This document shows positions 46,856 through 62,400 of a stretch of DNA of 64,000 nt, piece by piece; positions within the stretch are counted from its first letter, which is position 1; each line of letters begins with the position of its first letter. The stretch covers positions 20,896,001 through 20,960,000 of the forward strand of contig CP068257.2 in NCBI GenBank assembly GCA_009914755.4. Reading direction: 5' to 3'. This DNA comes from the human T2T-CHM13v2.0 reference genome, Homo sapiens. The position numbers and the translations under genes are program-made. Under the pieces are notes generated by a model. That model was given only the letters and a program-made list of their open reading frames with translations, made no database searches and had not been told where the DNA came from.

Positions 46856-48432
46856 TTAGTTTCTCCTTACAAAGTGAACATTACAGATATGTATTATTAG
46901 TGTGGAATATGTTAAGATGAAGATCACTTCCTCTCTAAAATATATTAACATTTGATAACAGTTATAAATATTTCCAAAATGTTGCTCCTTGATGTGAAAC
47001 TTCGATTACGTAAATTAATAGCCTTTAATACTGACACTCGTCTAGAGTAACAGTTTGACAGTGATATTGTCCTAAATTTTAGGTAGCAGGTTGAAGATTA
47101 AAATGATTAAGCAAGTCGTTCAATATCCTTGAAAAAGTCTAAAGAACGGATAAAAGATTGCATCAGAGATTAAAATATAATGATAAAGGCAAATTGCCCA
47201 GGAAAAATGTAGGATGCCCCAGATGTTTATTGTCAGAAATGAAAAATACATCATCTTTGATTAACACGTACTTAAAGCACTTGTGAACTAACTCACAGCA
47301 GCTGATCCCTAGAATACTTTGTTACCTGTTACTATAGGTGCTTACTCAGCTTTTCCTTTTATTGTATTCGAGGATGTTTTTGAACACAGTCCCCAGAGAA
47401 TAAAGCGACAGAACCCTTCTCTCTGCTTCATGGTTAGGACTCTCCTGTTAACTTTACCTAAAGAACTGCAGCTTAGCTGGGCAGGTTCCCTTTGTCCCAG
47501 TTAAGTTGGGAACCAGATTGAGCATTTAATAACTGCTTTGGGATATTTTTTATAAGGGAAGGTCTTTCAAATAAACATCAAGATTTGATGAAGTACAGGT
47601 TGTGTGACTACAGCCAAGCAGATCATAGGGATTGAAGAAGGAAAAAAAATCAGTTACTATTATCCTTAGATATCAGCAGAAGTCTGTTAAGTCAAAACTA
47701 TTTCATATTAAGATTAACATGGTATTTTTATTATTTGTCTTTATGTTGACATTTAGTTTGATGATGCAAACCAGATGTGAGACAAAACTGCTGGTGCCTT
47801 AGCCCAAATTAAGGTAATGACAATTGACCTAGTAGCCATGTTTTTCAATGTTACATACTCAGATAAAAAAAAAAAAAGAAAATTATAAGGTCAGTTTCAG
47901 TAAGAAATACCCATTATAAAATAGGGAATATATATGAATATATGTATACATATATATAATATATATCCATACATATGTATGCATATATATAATCTCAATA
48001 CATTTTAATATGCCATGTGATGAAATGAGATATACATATAAAGAACTTATGCTTCACACCAATAGATGTTTTGAGAAAAAGCACTTTGGAAAGTATCAAA
48101 ACAGACAAACTGATTATTCAGAAGTGGACATTTGACAGATATTCTCTTGAAAATGAATGAAGTGAGCCTATCACTTTAAAAAATAAACAGAATTTTTGCC
48201 AATGATAAAATTAGAGCTTTCAAGTACAAAACCTAGTATTGCAGAAAACTTGTATCTGCCTTCTTAAAATTGACATGTTCTCGATGCTTAAGGAATTTTC
48301 TGATGACATTGGCCATGATATTAACAATGAACATGATCTTGATGTTGTTTAACCGAAGATGTCAACATTTGGAAGATCTGCAGAATTATTGAACCAAGAT
48401 TATTCAAATGACAATATAAAAATCATGCATAG

Positions 48433-48795
<363 letters not shown>

Positions 48796-49690
48796 TAGAT
48801 TTTAAGGAAACAATACAGAAAACGTTCTCTGATATGGTTTTGGATTCCACATTGTAACTAACCCTTAAGAAACTACAAATAGTCAAGTTTTGGTATAGTA
48901 TTAAAGTTGAATAGTCACAATTATCTTTAAAATTTGTTTAAATACTTCTTTCTTCTTCAATGTTATACTTATGGGAGGCAAGGTTTTTTGTGTTATGTTT
49001 TTCTGCATATACTTCAAACAAATAGCATATTGAAACATTTTAAATAGAGAAGATATGAAAATTCAGCTGCTTTCTATTGTCCAATATTTGACAGATGTTT
49101 AAAAATGTGTAACAATGCTACTCTTCACACTAAATTTTTGTTATAGGAAATAGATTTTTTAAAAATTCTTCTTAATAAATAATAGTGTTATTTTTAAAAG
49201 AATAAATACATTCATGTTTCTCAGTTTTAAGCTTTAATATGGCATGTATTGATAGATACACCTCACATAAATAAAATAACTTTATGGTTTTCAATAATTT
49301 TTAAGAGATTATGTGGTTGTCAATTCAAAAATTTGAGAACTCACCTAGTACTACTAGATTGGTTTCATTCCTTTCATAAAACTTTTTAATAGGAGATACT
49401 TACTCACTTTTCAAATGCTTTGTATGTTAACTTACCTCCAACTTTTTTATTTGGACATTTTCATTTGAATACATTCATTCCTGTTGAGCCAAAAACAATT
49501 TGAAATTTTGTTAATTATTTTTATTATTCTACCATTTTCTTACTATAATTTAATTGCTAGTTATTTGGTTTCTATAGGTCGGTTTTTTTTTTTAGTATAC
49601 ATTTTATCACTATGCCATTACTCTCCTTAGATTCTTCAATGATAGTTTTCTAAAATTCTACCCTGCATAATTAAAAAACATACATCTTCT

Positions 49691-50002
<312 letters not shown>

Positions 50003-51689
50003 TCATCTTCTCTACTTTTTTGTCTTATTTTTTGATTAACTTAATATTTTTTGCCTTTTTTTTTACCAATTTGTTTTAAATCTGTAGTTTACATGCATAA
50101 TAATAAACTTGATGTGTTTCTTAATTCACTTTAACAACTCCATATTTTTAGATTTTAATTAGAGAGCATTTAGTGTAATGATGAATATGTTTTAATTTCT
50201 CCATTAATCAATTAAAATGTATAAAGAGTAACTGGGCAAGTAAAATAGAAGAAGAGGCACTGCAGATATTCAATAGATTTTCTGAACAATTTTATCAAGA
50301 AGAATACAAGTATCGGAATGAAAAGGTCTAGTGTGTAATTTTTGTGGGTGATGAGGATAATATGGAGAAAATATCACTGTACAAGAGAACTCAACCAACT
50401 GAGGATTCAAGATGATGGTTTATCTATCTACATAGATATTAAAGTCTTTCATGGATGGTAAAATGGCAAGTACAGAAACAGAAACTCCGAAAAAGAGAGA
50501 GAATCCAGGTGAGGGATCTTGAGCAGTTGAACACAGCAGACCTGACTGATTCAACTGAAAAGATTCATTTCGGTTTTGGCTATATTTTGATTAATATCAT
50601 TAACCAAAATCTTCAATTCTGTTTTTCACATCTATTAAATTAGTTGTGCTCAATTTATAGTTTCCGAAAATAGTTGCACATTGAATAAAAAGGTTATTTT
50701 ACTTATACTAACAATTTTTCATAGTTTATCTTAGTTTGACCTGAAAATTGTTATTTTTTAAATCCCTATTATGACACACAGGAGAAGCTACCACAAGATC
50801 TAGCCTACGTGAGAATGTGGGACATTTGTTCAAAATTATTAAGAATGTTGTCAGTGACAGTAGAGCATTAAACCAAATGCGGGTTTCTTTCTTATCATGA
50901 GGCCTGTGCAGCTACACAAATGGCATGCCTATAAGGGCAGCCCTGATGCCGAGGTAAATATTTACAAATCATTATAATACAAATTATAATGAATTGTATT
51001 ATCTTGATGCTTCAGTGAGTTTCTTTTTTGATACTCAGGCTTGTCTCTACCCCATGCATCTAACACTTGTCACTTCTGCTTAGAGAGAAATCTACCATTG
51101 AAGAACGAGAGAAATAAAGAAATAATGGGGTAAATATCAAAATTCTACTGCTAAACACTGCCATGTCTTGAGCTATCACTTCCTTCAGTTGTCTAAATCT
51201 GATAAACATTCCATTATAGAACGGGTAAGACAGAACCGGAGTGGAAAGGAAGCAAGAAAACTGATACTGGTGAGAATTTCTATGCAGAAGACCTTGCCCT
51301 GAACACAATCAAAGGTAGCTTCCAGGAGAAGACACAGGGACACCAGATAAATTTGAAGAAATAAGCATCGAAGAGAACAAAGTCATGGTTTCTTAGAGGC
51401 CACATTGAGACACAAGGTCTCTAAGTCACAAAAGTGACAAAGTTGTAGAGTTGGCTCTTTGTGATAAAAAAGGGGGAATAATTCTCAAACTCTTCCATAA
51501 AACCAAGGAAAAACATGGAGGGTGAGTGAAACTTTCCGTGCCCATTAAGTGGCCTGAGATGTTGCTGAGTGAGTGCATGGCCTGGAGAACTCTTTTAGTA
51601 GATGGGGAGCTCAGTTGCCATAGGTCCTTTAACAGTTGCCAACATGGAGGTTTGATATTACCTGACAAAGAGTGAAACATATTATCTGT

Positions 51690-52061
51690 ATTGTTCCTTT
51701 CTAACGCTGATATTAAAGACATACCCGAGACTGGGTAATTCATAAAGAAAAGAGGTTTAATTGACTCACAGTTCTGCAGGGCTGGGGAGGCCTTGGGAAA
51801 CTTACAATCATGACAAAAGGGGAAGAAAACACATCCTTCTTCATATGGTGGCAACAAGGAGAAGTGCAGAGCAAAGTGGGAGAAAAGGCCCTTATAAAAC
51901 CATCGGATCTCATGAAGACTCACTCACTATCATTAGAACAACATGGTGGTAACTGCCTCCATGATTCTGTTACCTCCCACCAAGTCCGTCTTGTGGCACA
52001 TGGAGATCTTGGGAACTACAGTTTAAGATGAGACTTGAGTGGAGACATAGCCAAACCATAT
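51690..52061 (-). mobile_element. THE1/MST-family (ERVL-MaLR) LTR, complete, reverse orientation
   Basis: The sequence runs ctgatattaaagacatacccgagactgggtaattcataaagaaaagaggtttaattgactcacagttctgcagggctggggaggcc...cttataaaaccatcggatctcatgaagactcactcactatcattagaacaacatggtgg...gacatagccaaaccatatca. This is the reverse complement of the THE1/MSTA consensus (TGATATGGTTTGGCTGTGTCCCCACCC...CCCAGTCTCGGGTATGTCTTTATTAGCAG..). The minus-strand 165-aa ORF at 51426-51923 lies in it and is rejected. Confidence 0.85.
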
Positions 52062-53189
52062 CATTATTTCACCAGCAGCCACTTCAGGCATATGAAGACA
52101 TGGTTATGGTGAATAGAAGTAGGCATCTCCTTTTCCATGATGTTACAGGGCTTGGTAAACCTTCAGTTATTTAGAATTAACCCTAAGGAAAAGTGCTTAA
52201 AATGACATGTTTTCCAGAGATATTATAAATATATTTTCTTCTTTTGATATAATGAGGACAAACATATTCCTTAATTTGAAATCTAGAAAAATGACTCCGT
52301 CATATGAACATTGGAGGTTTTATTTTAAAAATTGTATACTCATTCCACTGACATTTGTCTTTTTGTCCATAAAACACATGCTTTAAAAGTAAATGGTTAT
52401 TCATGTCAGTATGAATTGGGGGAATACTAATATCATAAAAAGATTTTAAGCATCACCTATGAATAAATACTGCCATAACCTTTTATAATTACCTAAATAT
52501 TGTTACCATTATATAATAAATTGATGAATGTAAAGTTTATCATATTATGGCAGATTCATAGAATAATTTTATCAAAGATATAAACCTATTCTTAATGATT
52601 CTACATGATATATTAGACAAATTTTTTTAACCTCAGGACAACACGTATTTATATTACTTTTTCTGTGTTTCACTCAATTTTTATTCTGCTATGCCAACAG
52701 CAAATAATGTTATTTGCTACTTGTATTTATGTTTTCACTTTTATTATGCCTATTTCAAAATAATTCAAAGGTTAATGCATTGAATTATTATGTACTAAAA
52801 TGAATCTAAACTACTAGACTGCTGTGAATGAAAAATAATTCTGTGTAATATATATTTAAATCATCAAGGCAGACTGATTTTAGGCTTATTTGTCATATAA
52901 ATTTAATGGGGAATGCATATGTGTGTCACAGAATCTTTCTATAATTTTTTTAAGCAAGGGCATAAAGCATATTTAGTATAATTTGATAATGTACAGATTC
53001 TAATACCTAAAAATTTAATATCTATTTCATACAAATAAAATAATTCTCACATTATTTTTAAACAGAGAATTAAAAGTACATTGTCATAGAAACAAAGGTC
53101 TAGGAAATGTAAGCTAAGTTTTTAATTACTGTCTTAATAACCATATAGCCTTGCATAATTTTATCTATTATTTCCATAGGATTTGGGGA

Positions 53190-54185
<996 letters not shown>

Positions 54186-54716
54186 ATAACCCTGATCGCT
54201 ACTGATGTTTGAAAAAGCATACAAAAACATAAAGTGCAGAAAGGACACCTTATCAACAAATGGTGCTGGGATAATTGGCAAGCCACATGTAGAAGAATAA
54301 AACTGGATCCTCATCTTTTACCTTATTCAAAAATCAACTCAAGGTGGATCTAGGACTTAAATCTAAGATGTAAAACTGTAAAAAATCTAGAAGATAACAT
54401 CAGAAAAACCTTCTAGACATTGGCTTAGGCAAAGACTTCATGACCAAGAACCCAAAAGCAAATGCAACACAAACAAAGATAAATAGCTGGGATTCAATTA
54501 AACTGAAGAGCTTCTACACAGCAAAAAGAACAGTTGGCAGAGTAAACAGACAACCCACAGTGTGGGAGAAAATCTTCACATTTACACATCTGACAAAGGA
54601 CTAATATCCAGAATCTATAAGGAACTCCAACAAATTAGCAAGAAAAAAACAAACCATCCCATCGAAAAGTGGGCTAAAGACATGAATAGACAATTCTCAA
54701 AAAAAAAAAAAAAAAA
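54186..54716 (+). mobile_element. L1 ORF2 segment in plus orientation (the inverted 5' segment of the same L1; twin-priming type structure)
   Basis: Plus-strand translation reads ..[32 protein letters not shown]..., ...[63 protein letters not shown] (frameshifted copy; . = stop), matching L1 ORF2 ..[69 protein letters not shown]. It ends at KDIHM, immediately upstream in L1 coordinates of where the minus segment begins (..[17 protein letters not shown]). Confidence 0.8.
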
Positions 54717-54992
54717 GACATACATATTAGTCCATTTTTATGCTGCTGATAAAAGACCTACCCAAGACTCCACATGGCTGGGGAGGCCTCACAATCATGG
54801 TGGAAGGTGAAAGGCACATCTCACATGGCAGCAGGCAAGAGAAAAAAATGAGAGCCAAGTGAAAAGGACAACCCCTTATAAAACCATCAGATCTCATGAG
54901 ACATATTCACTACCAGGAAAACAGTATGGGGGAAATCGTGCCCATTATTCAATTATATCTCCCTGAGTCTCTCTCACAACGTGTGGGAATTA
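54717..54992 (-). mobile_element. THE1/MST-family (ERVL-MaLR) LTR fragment, reverse orientation, with internal deletion and 3' truncation
   Basis: The sequence runs tattagtccatttttatgctgctgataaaagacctacccaagactccacatggctggggaggcctcacaatcatggtggaaggtgaaaggcac...cttataaaaccatcagatctcatgagacatattcactaccaggaaaacagtatggggg...ctcacaacgtgtgggaattatg. The ORF at 54562-54810 is L1 plus LTR read-through. Confidence 0.8.
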
Positions 54993-55074
54993 TGCTAGAA
55001 GAGTCAAACATATTTTTGATAAGCTATTAACCATTAATAGGCAAACTTATTAACTAAAACTAGAAATAATTTCT

Positions 55075-55600
55075 GTATTAGTTTGCTAGGGTTACCATTT
55101 AAAAAAAATTATAAACTGGGTGGCTTAAACAACAGACATTATTATTTCATAGGTCTGGTGGTTAGTAGTTTGAAATTAAGGCAACAGCAAAGTTGGTTCC
55201 TTCTATAGGCTGTGAGGGAGAATCTGTTCCGTGCCTCTCTTGTAGCTTCTAGTGGTTTACCAGCAATTTTTGTCATTTCTTGGTTTATAGTAGCATAACT
55301 TCAATCTTTATAAGTCATTCTCCCCTGTCTATCTATGTCCATTTTGCCCCTTTTTATGAGGATACTAGTTCTACTGATTTATGAGGACACCAGTCATTCT
55401 CCCCTATTTGCCTGTGTCCATTTTGCCCCTTTTTATGAGGACACTAGTTATATTGGTTTAGGGTTTACTCTAATAACCTCATCTTAACAGATTTAGATGC
55501 AAAAACCCCATTTACAAATAAAGTCAGTAGTGATTAGAGCTTCAATTTCTTTTGGGAGACGCAATTAAACCCACAACAGTTCATTTTTCAAATATAGTAT
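55075..55600 (-). mobile_element. MaLR-type LTR of the MLT1-like family (name tentative), containing an internal tandem duplication of about 68 bp (55315-55457)
   Basis: The sequence runs tgtattagtttgctagggttaccatttaaaaaaaattataaactgggtggcttaaacaacagacattatt...ggttccttctataggctgtgagggagaatctgttccgtgcctctcttgtagcttctagtggtttaccagcaatttttgtcatttcttggtttatag...cccctttttatgaggacac..agtcatattgg..ttagggtttactctaataacctcatcttaacag. Its opening is the same shape as the THE1 opening tgtattagtccgttctcacactgctaataaag...actgggtaat. The duplicated blocks are tcattctcccctgtctatctatgtccattttgcccctttttatgaggatactagttctactgattta and tcattctcccctatttgcctgtgtccattttgcccctttttatgaggacactagttatattggttta. Confidence 0.5.
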
Positions 55601-58024
55601 ATCTCAGCTATTTAGTTAATGTCAGACCTTCAAAAGTTGAACTACTGTAACTTTTCCAAATTCACGTCATTTGCTATATGATGTGATTGGAGGTGAAAAA
55701 AGAGTTTTCTTGGTTTCTCAACCTAACCTGTTGTCCAAACCTAGTTTCCCTGAAAGTATTGCTTTGAGAATTTCAGCATGAGTCCAGTAGTTGTTAGTCT
55801 TTCCCATTTACTATTTTGGGATTTTGGGAGTGTCCTATAGGGAAGAGGTGTGATTAATAGGAACTTCTTTCTGTGGTCCTAGAAAAATATGATCCAGGGA
55901 TATGTGATTCTTTATCATGTCCTTAGCAAGAGATTATGCTTTGAAGTGACTAATTACTTTACAATTTTTCAAAATGCCTTGAAAAGAATTGCTGGTTAAC
56001 TGCAGAATTATTTCCATCTCCAACAACAAGAAATTATATAAGAAAACAAGTATTCAGGCAAAGGGCATTGCAAAGGATATCATTGTCTTCTTAAGAGACA
56101 TAAAAAACAGTGTAATGGACCTGGTTAAAGTCAACCACACAATATTAATAGTTAAAAAGGTACATGACATTTCATCAAAGGATCCACAAGCCTTTGCAAT
56201 TGCAGTAATAAGCCTTGAACACTCTTTTACACTGTGGAGTGATGAGTGAGAAAAGAGGGAATAAGGGAGTTAAATCATGTTATCTCTTATCTCTACCTCC
56301 TCCTGAATAAATTGACTTTTATTTTAAAAGCCCAGGTGTCAAGAATAGCTAATTAGCACAGACCATATGCTGAAATTAGGAGAACTGGAATAAACAATCC
56401 ATAATTATGGAGCGGTTTTTACTTTCTTTTTTTCTCCTTTGAATTTCATTTTAATATCTTATTTGATTTTATGGGCAGGGCCAAACAATTTAAAATAAGA
56501 GCTCAATGGAAAAGAAATTTCAGCTGGGGAAGCCTAGTTCACTTAATGATTTCAGCATTACTTTATACCTGATTCTTGGGCAGAGAAAGTAATATGAAGA
56601 GAACCTCGTGTCTGGCAGCTATTTTCCATGAAATAGTCTACATGACCTTAACCTTGACTAAGCATGTGTTTTCTAGATCAAGGATGCTGCTGCTGACAGA
56701 ATTTGTGAAGAAATTGGCACCTTACAAAACTTTCTTAGGTCAAAAGAAAAAATCTTTTGAAAATATGTGATGTTGAAACTACAATATAAATGATGAGACA
56801 GTGTCATCCAGTTGAAGATGGAGAAGTGGTATTTCAGGAATTGAAATCGAGCCAAGGGAAGACTTGATGTGTTTAGGGAACTAAGAGCACTTGGATAACA
56901 TACAGGAAGAGGAGAGTTTTGGGAGATTGAGGCTGGAGAGGAAATAATAAAAATGCAATAGCATCAGTCTTGCTGACATCTAATGTAAATATAAATAGTC
57001 AGTTACAGGCTACACAAGAAAATCCTGATCATACAAGATTATGCTATTCAAAATGCTTTCCCCTGCCAGGATACCCTAAGTTGAAAAGAATCCCAAAACA
57101 TAGTTATTAATATACAGATAAATGTGTCCATAGAAAGGAAATAAAGAAGAATCCTCTATTATACCATTCTTTGGAGACACAAAGAGAATGGGGACAAAGG
57201 TAAAAAAAACACACTGATCGTCACTGCAAGTCTACACTGCATTAGACATTTTGTTTTGTTTGCTTGCATGAATTAGCTCATGTAATATCACAACAATCTT
57301 ATAAAGTAAATGCTATCATTATTTTCATTAAACTGTCCAAAGTTACAAAACTGGCTTATTTTATATCTGAAGTAAGAACGAAAAAACTGTGGTTCCAAAA
57401 ACTGACTAATAATCATATGCTCTTCCAAGAAGCAATGGTAAATTAGGAGTCTCCGTGAAAGGCAGATATATCCTGTTATTTAATACAACCCCTAATTTTA
57501 AAGGACTAACAATAACATCAGTAATTTCTGAGTGGTGAATGCTTTATTTTTTTCTTGTGATTGTCATACACTTCCCCTACATTAGAGACAATAAATGTAG
57601 TCTTGTTTGGTAAGTGAGACAAACAGAAATAGATTTACGTATGTTCCCACAGTTACTTAGTGGAAAAACTAGACAACTAATGTTTTAATTGTTAATCTAG
57701 TGTAATTCCGATTGAACCACATTAATTCAAAAAATTCCCACCAGTTGTTGTTTGGCCTAAAACACAATAATGCTGCTGACCAAAGAACACAAAATACAAA
57801 ACTTTTAAACCTTGTCTTATCCATAATTTTTATACATCTCCATAGCTCTACAACCAAAATCATCTGTCATATTGTGCTGATTTCATTCATACAAAAACAG
57901 AACTCAATGTATTTTAAGGTTATACCTTCATTATTACGTTTGGTTAAAACCTCAGCTCAATGATGATGAACTATAGTTACAGAAAATTGTCAGTTAATCT
58001 TGGTTTTAAAATTACCAGCATCTA

Positions 58025-58475
<451 letters not shown>

Positions 58476-59988
58476 GGCAACGTGCTAGCAGCCTTTGCTC
58501 ACTCTCGGCACCTCCTCCGCCTCAGCATCCACTCTGGCTGCGTTTAAAAAGCACTTCAGTCCGCCGCTGCATGATGGGAGCCCCTCGCTCGCTGTGGCTG
58601 GAGCCTGCTCCCTCTGCTTGCAAGGAGGTGTGGAGGGAGAGGCGCAGGCAGGAACTGGTGCTGCGCACGGTGCTCCTGGGCCAGTGTGAGTTCCAAGTGG
58701 GCACGGGCTCAGCGGGCCCTGCACTCCGAGTGGCCGGCCAGGGCTGCTAGCCCCGGGAAGGGAGGGGCTTAGCACCCGGGCCAGCAGCTGCAGAGGGTGC
58801 CGGGTCCCCCAGCACTGCCGGCCCGCCTGCCTGCGTTTGAATTCTCCTCAGGCCTCAGCCGCCTCCCCAAGGGCAGGGCTCGGGACCTGCAGCCCACCAT
58901 GCCCGAGCCCACCCCACCATGGGCTCCCACGTGGCCCGAGCCTCCCTGGATGGGCACTGCCCCCTGCTCTGTTGCACCCGGTCACACTGACTGCCCAAGG
59001 GGTGAGGAGTGCAGGCATGCAGCGTGGGTCTGACGGGCAGCTCCGCCTGCGGCCCCAGCGCAGGATCCACTAGGCAAAGCCAGGGGGACTCCTGAATTGG
59101 GTGGGGACTTGGAGAACTTTTATGTCTAGCTGGAGGATGGTATATGCACCAATCAGCACTCTGTGTCTAGCTCGGGGTTTGCCTATGCACCAGTCAGCAC
59201 TCTGTACCTAGCTAATCTGGTGGGGACTCAGGGGAACTTTTATGTCTAGCTAGAGGATTGTAAATGCACCAGTCAGCACTCTGTGTCTAGCTCAGGGATT
59301 GTAAACGCACCAATCAGCACTCTGTAAAACGGACCAATCAGATCTCTGTAAAATGGACCAATCAGATCTCTGTAAAATGGACCAATCAGCAGGATATGGG
59401 TGGGGCCAGATAAGGGAATAAAAGCAGGCTGCCTGAGCCAGTAGCGGCAATTCCTTGGGTCTTCTTCCCTCCTGTGGAAGATTTGTTCTTTTGCTCTTCT
59501 CAATAAATTTCGCTGCTGCTCACTGTGGGTTTGCACTGCCTGTAGCAGTCACTGTAAAGGTCTGCAGCTTCACTTCTGAAGCCAGCAGGACCATGAACCC
59601 ACTGGGGGGATCGGAACAACTTCTTGCCTTTGAGAGCTGTAACAGTCACTGCAAAGGTCTGCAGCTTCACTCCTGAAGTCAGCTAAACCAGGAACCCACC
59701 AGAGGAAAGAAACTCCAGACACATCTGAACATCTGAAAGAACAAACTCAGGACACTGTCTTTAAGAACTGTAACACTCACCGTGAAGGTCTGCAGCTTCA
59801 CTTCTGAAGTCAGTGAGACGATGAACGCATCAGAAGGAAGAAACTCCGGACACGTCTGAACATCTGAAGGAACAAACACAGGACACACCATGTTTAAGAA
59901 CTGTAACACTCAACTGCGAAGGTCTGCAACTTCATTCTTGAAGTCAGCGAGACCAAGAACCCACCAATTCCAGACACACAACCTCCGC
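58476..59988 (+). mobile_element. LTR12 (HERV9-type, ERV1) solo LTR, about 1.5 kb
   Basis: It starts tg...(tgcgaggtggcaacg) and ends ...ccagacaca. A GC-rich U3 covers 58476-59100. Tandem CCAAT-box units are present (gcaccaatcagcactctgtgtctagctcagggattgtaaa / ggaccaatcagatctctgtaaaat x3). A poly-A signal, ctcaataaatttcgctgctgctcactg, is followed by three roughly 80-bp repeats (gaactgtaacactcaccgtgaaggtctgcagcttcacttctgaagtcag.gagac.atgaac..). It is flanked by a 4-bp duplication, caac, and by the two halves of a single Alu. The overlapping ORFs at 58442-59073 are GC-rich noncoding. Confidence 0.85.
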
Positions 59989-60200
59989 CTCCCAGGTTCA
60001 GGCGATTCTCTTGCCTCAGCCTCCCAGTTAGCTGGGATTACAGGCGCTTGCCACCACACCCAGTTTGTGTTTTTTTTGTATTTTTAGTAGAGACGGGGTT
60101 TCACCATGTTGGCCAGGATGGTCTTGATCTCCTGCCCTCGTGATCCACCCACCTTGGCTTCCCAAAATGCTGGGATTACAAGTGTGAACCACTGCACCCG
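59989..60200 (-). mobile_element. Alu SINE, right part (continuation of 58385-58475)
   Basis: ctccgcctcccaggttcaggcgattctcttgcctcagcctcccagttagctgggattacaggcgcttgccaccacacccag...gtgtgaaccactgcacccggcc continues the Alu consensus exactly where the left part stopped (..ggctcactgcaac | ctccgcctccc..). Confidence 0.9.
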
Positions 60201-61642
60201 GCCTGCAAGCATCTTTGATCTTTGCAGCAGTTTGCTAATGAAATCAATAAACTTAACCTGGACTTTTATCTTCAGAATTATTTCCAATAGTTTTAATTAA
60301 ACATTTTGCTAGCATTAATAATTCACTTTTTTTTTAGTGGATAAATTAACACATGTTAACTGCTTATGGCTAACAGATGTAGTGTTAACAAAACTCTAGT
60401 TTCCAAAGTAATTTTGTCTTTTGTCGCTGATTTCAGAAAGTATCAACTCTTGAAATGAAGACAGATGAAACCATTTTAGGAAAAAATAAATAGGAAAAAA
60501 GAGGCATTAATCATCAAAACAAAAAGATCTGAGCATAAGAACAAATATTGTGGTAAGAAAAGTTTGATAGAAGAGCAAATATTTGGCAAGAAAAATTTAC
60601 CATTGTTTCCTGGAAGGGCATAGTGATTAAAATCTCATCTTTGGGGACCAGACTTTTTAAATTTTTTGTGTCTCCTAAAAAGAAGGTTTGTTTTCATTAT
60701 GCATTTTATTTTTCTATTTTCAAGTCATTCTAAATAAAATTAGGAACAAAATATAAGTTTTATGGTTCCTATGCTTCGTCTATATTTAAAAATATATTTT
60801 AAAAAACTTATATTTTCTAAAAATTAAAAGGAGGCATACTGTAACTACCTGATGGATTCTTCTTGCCCACTGTACAGACAAAATCAATCTAATAAGAACA
60901 TGGCATTCAATGAAAGAAAGATTTTAGTTGATGCAAAGCTGGCCAAAACATGCAGGAGATGGAGTTTTTACTTATATCAATCTCCTTGAAGGCTGGAAGG
61001 TTAGGGGTTTTTCAAACATAGGTTAGTGGGCAGAGGGTATGGGGAGTGCTGAATTCTAAGTTTGGAGATGAAATCATAGGGAGTTGGAGCTGTTCTCATG
61101 CACTGAGTCGGTTCCAGGGTGAGGGCCACAGGACGAGTTGATAAGTCTGGGTTGGTCCATTTGGTTGGCAGAAATGCGAAAACCTAAGAAGACATCTCAA
61201 AAGGCCAATCCTAGGTTCTACAATAGTCATGTCATCTGCAGGAGTAATTAGGGAAGTTGCAAATCTTGGGACCTCCAGTCCATGGCTGGTTAATTATTTA
61301 ACTACACCTACATCTTAGTAGAATTCATGTCCTTCTCATTCTCCTAACTTGGTGGCCTTTCATTGGTTTCACAAGGGCAGTTTAGTTCTTGGGAAGGGCT
61401 ATTATCATTCAAACTATAAAATAAATTTCTCCCAAAGATAGCTTGGACCATGCCCAGCAATGAGCAAATATAACCAACCTGTGAGACTACAAGCAAGATG
61501 GAGTCAGCTGTTCAGAATTCTCTTACTGTCATAATTTTGCAAAGGCATTTTTTCAATACCTTTTAATAAATTGATAAGCTGTATTTTTTTGTAGATGTTT
61601 CAGTTTTCTAGTTATAAAATTATTTGAGCAACATATTAAGTA

Positions 61643-61752
61643 CTCAGACACAGTTAAAGTAAAAATACTAATATTTATTAATGTCTACTTTTTTCTTAAC
61701 TCGTTAAAGTAAAAATACTAATATTTATTAATAAATGTCTACTTTTTTCTTA
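61643..61752. repeat. Tandem duplication, 2 x about 52 bp (gttaaagtaaaaatactaatatttattaat(aaa)tgtctacttttttcttaact)
   Basis: Two near-identical adjacent units; the second has a 3-bp insertion (aaa). Confidence 0.9.
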
Positions 61753-61879
61753 ACTAGGTTGCTTATCTGAAAGAAGGAAACCGCCTTTGCAGAAGTGAAA
61801 GAAACCTAACTTAACTGACTCCATCTTGCTTCTACCTTCCAAGCTGTCCTTGTTCATTCCGGGCATAGGCTGAACAAAC

Positions 61880-62400
61880 TTTGGGAGAAACCTAGTTTAT
61901 AGTTTATAGTTTAAACAAAGATGGTAACAGCCCTTTTCCAAAGCGGACCTCCTTCTTGTCTGGGAACTAGAGTGCCTTTGTAGGACTAATATTAGCCACA
62001 ATATTAGAGATTATGGTTTAGGAGTCATGCAGCTGGAGGCTACAAGATTCTGACCCTCTCTAAACTGCTCCTAAGAACACTGAGATATTTTTCAGACCCT
62101 GCACTTGATGGATCAGCTGGCACCACCCAGATCAATAAACTGGCTCATCTGATCTTGTGGCCCAAACCCAGGAACTGACTCAGCAGAAGACAGCTTCAAC
62201 TCACTATTATTTCATCCCTGATCAATCAGCACTCCTGGCTCACTGCTTCTCCCCACCCAACTTCTAAGTTATCCTTAGAAACTCTGCTCTCCAAATGCTT
62301 GGAGAGACTGATATGAGTAATAATAAAACTTCGGTCTCCCGCACAGCTGGCTCTGCATCAATTACTCTTTTTTTATTGCAATTCCCCTATACTGATGAAT
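61880..62400 (+). mobile_element. Possible LTR-like repeat (poly-A signals gatcaataaactgg and aataataaaacttcggtctcc); family unknown
   Basis: The sequence runs ..cccagatcaataaactggctcatctgatcttgtggcc...tgatcaatcagcactcctggctcactgcttctcc...gagactgatatgagtaataataaaacttcggtctcccgcacagctggctctgcatc, which has U3/R-like architecture. I cannot assign a family by eye. Confidence 0.3.

Noticed and set aside
51426-51923. 165-aa minus-strand ORF
   Set aside because: About half of it lies inside the THE1/MST LTR (51690-52061). It has no coding signature and the upstream part is AT-rich filler.
59295-59400. Three direct repeats of about 24 bp (ggaccaatcagatctctgtaaaat) that could superficially suggest a CRISPR-like array
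   Set aside because: The units are directly adjacent with no spacers. They are the known CCAAT-box tandem repeats of LTR12, and the sequence is eukaryotic.
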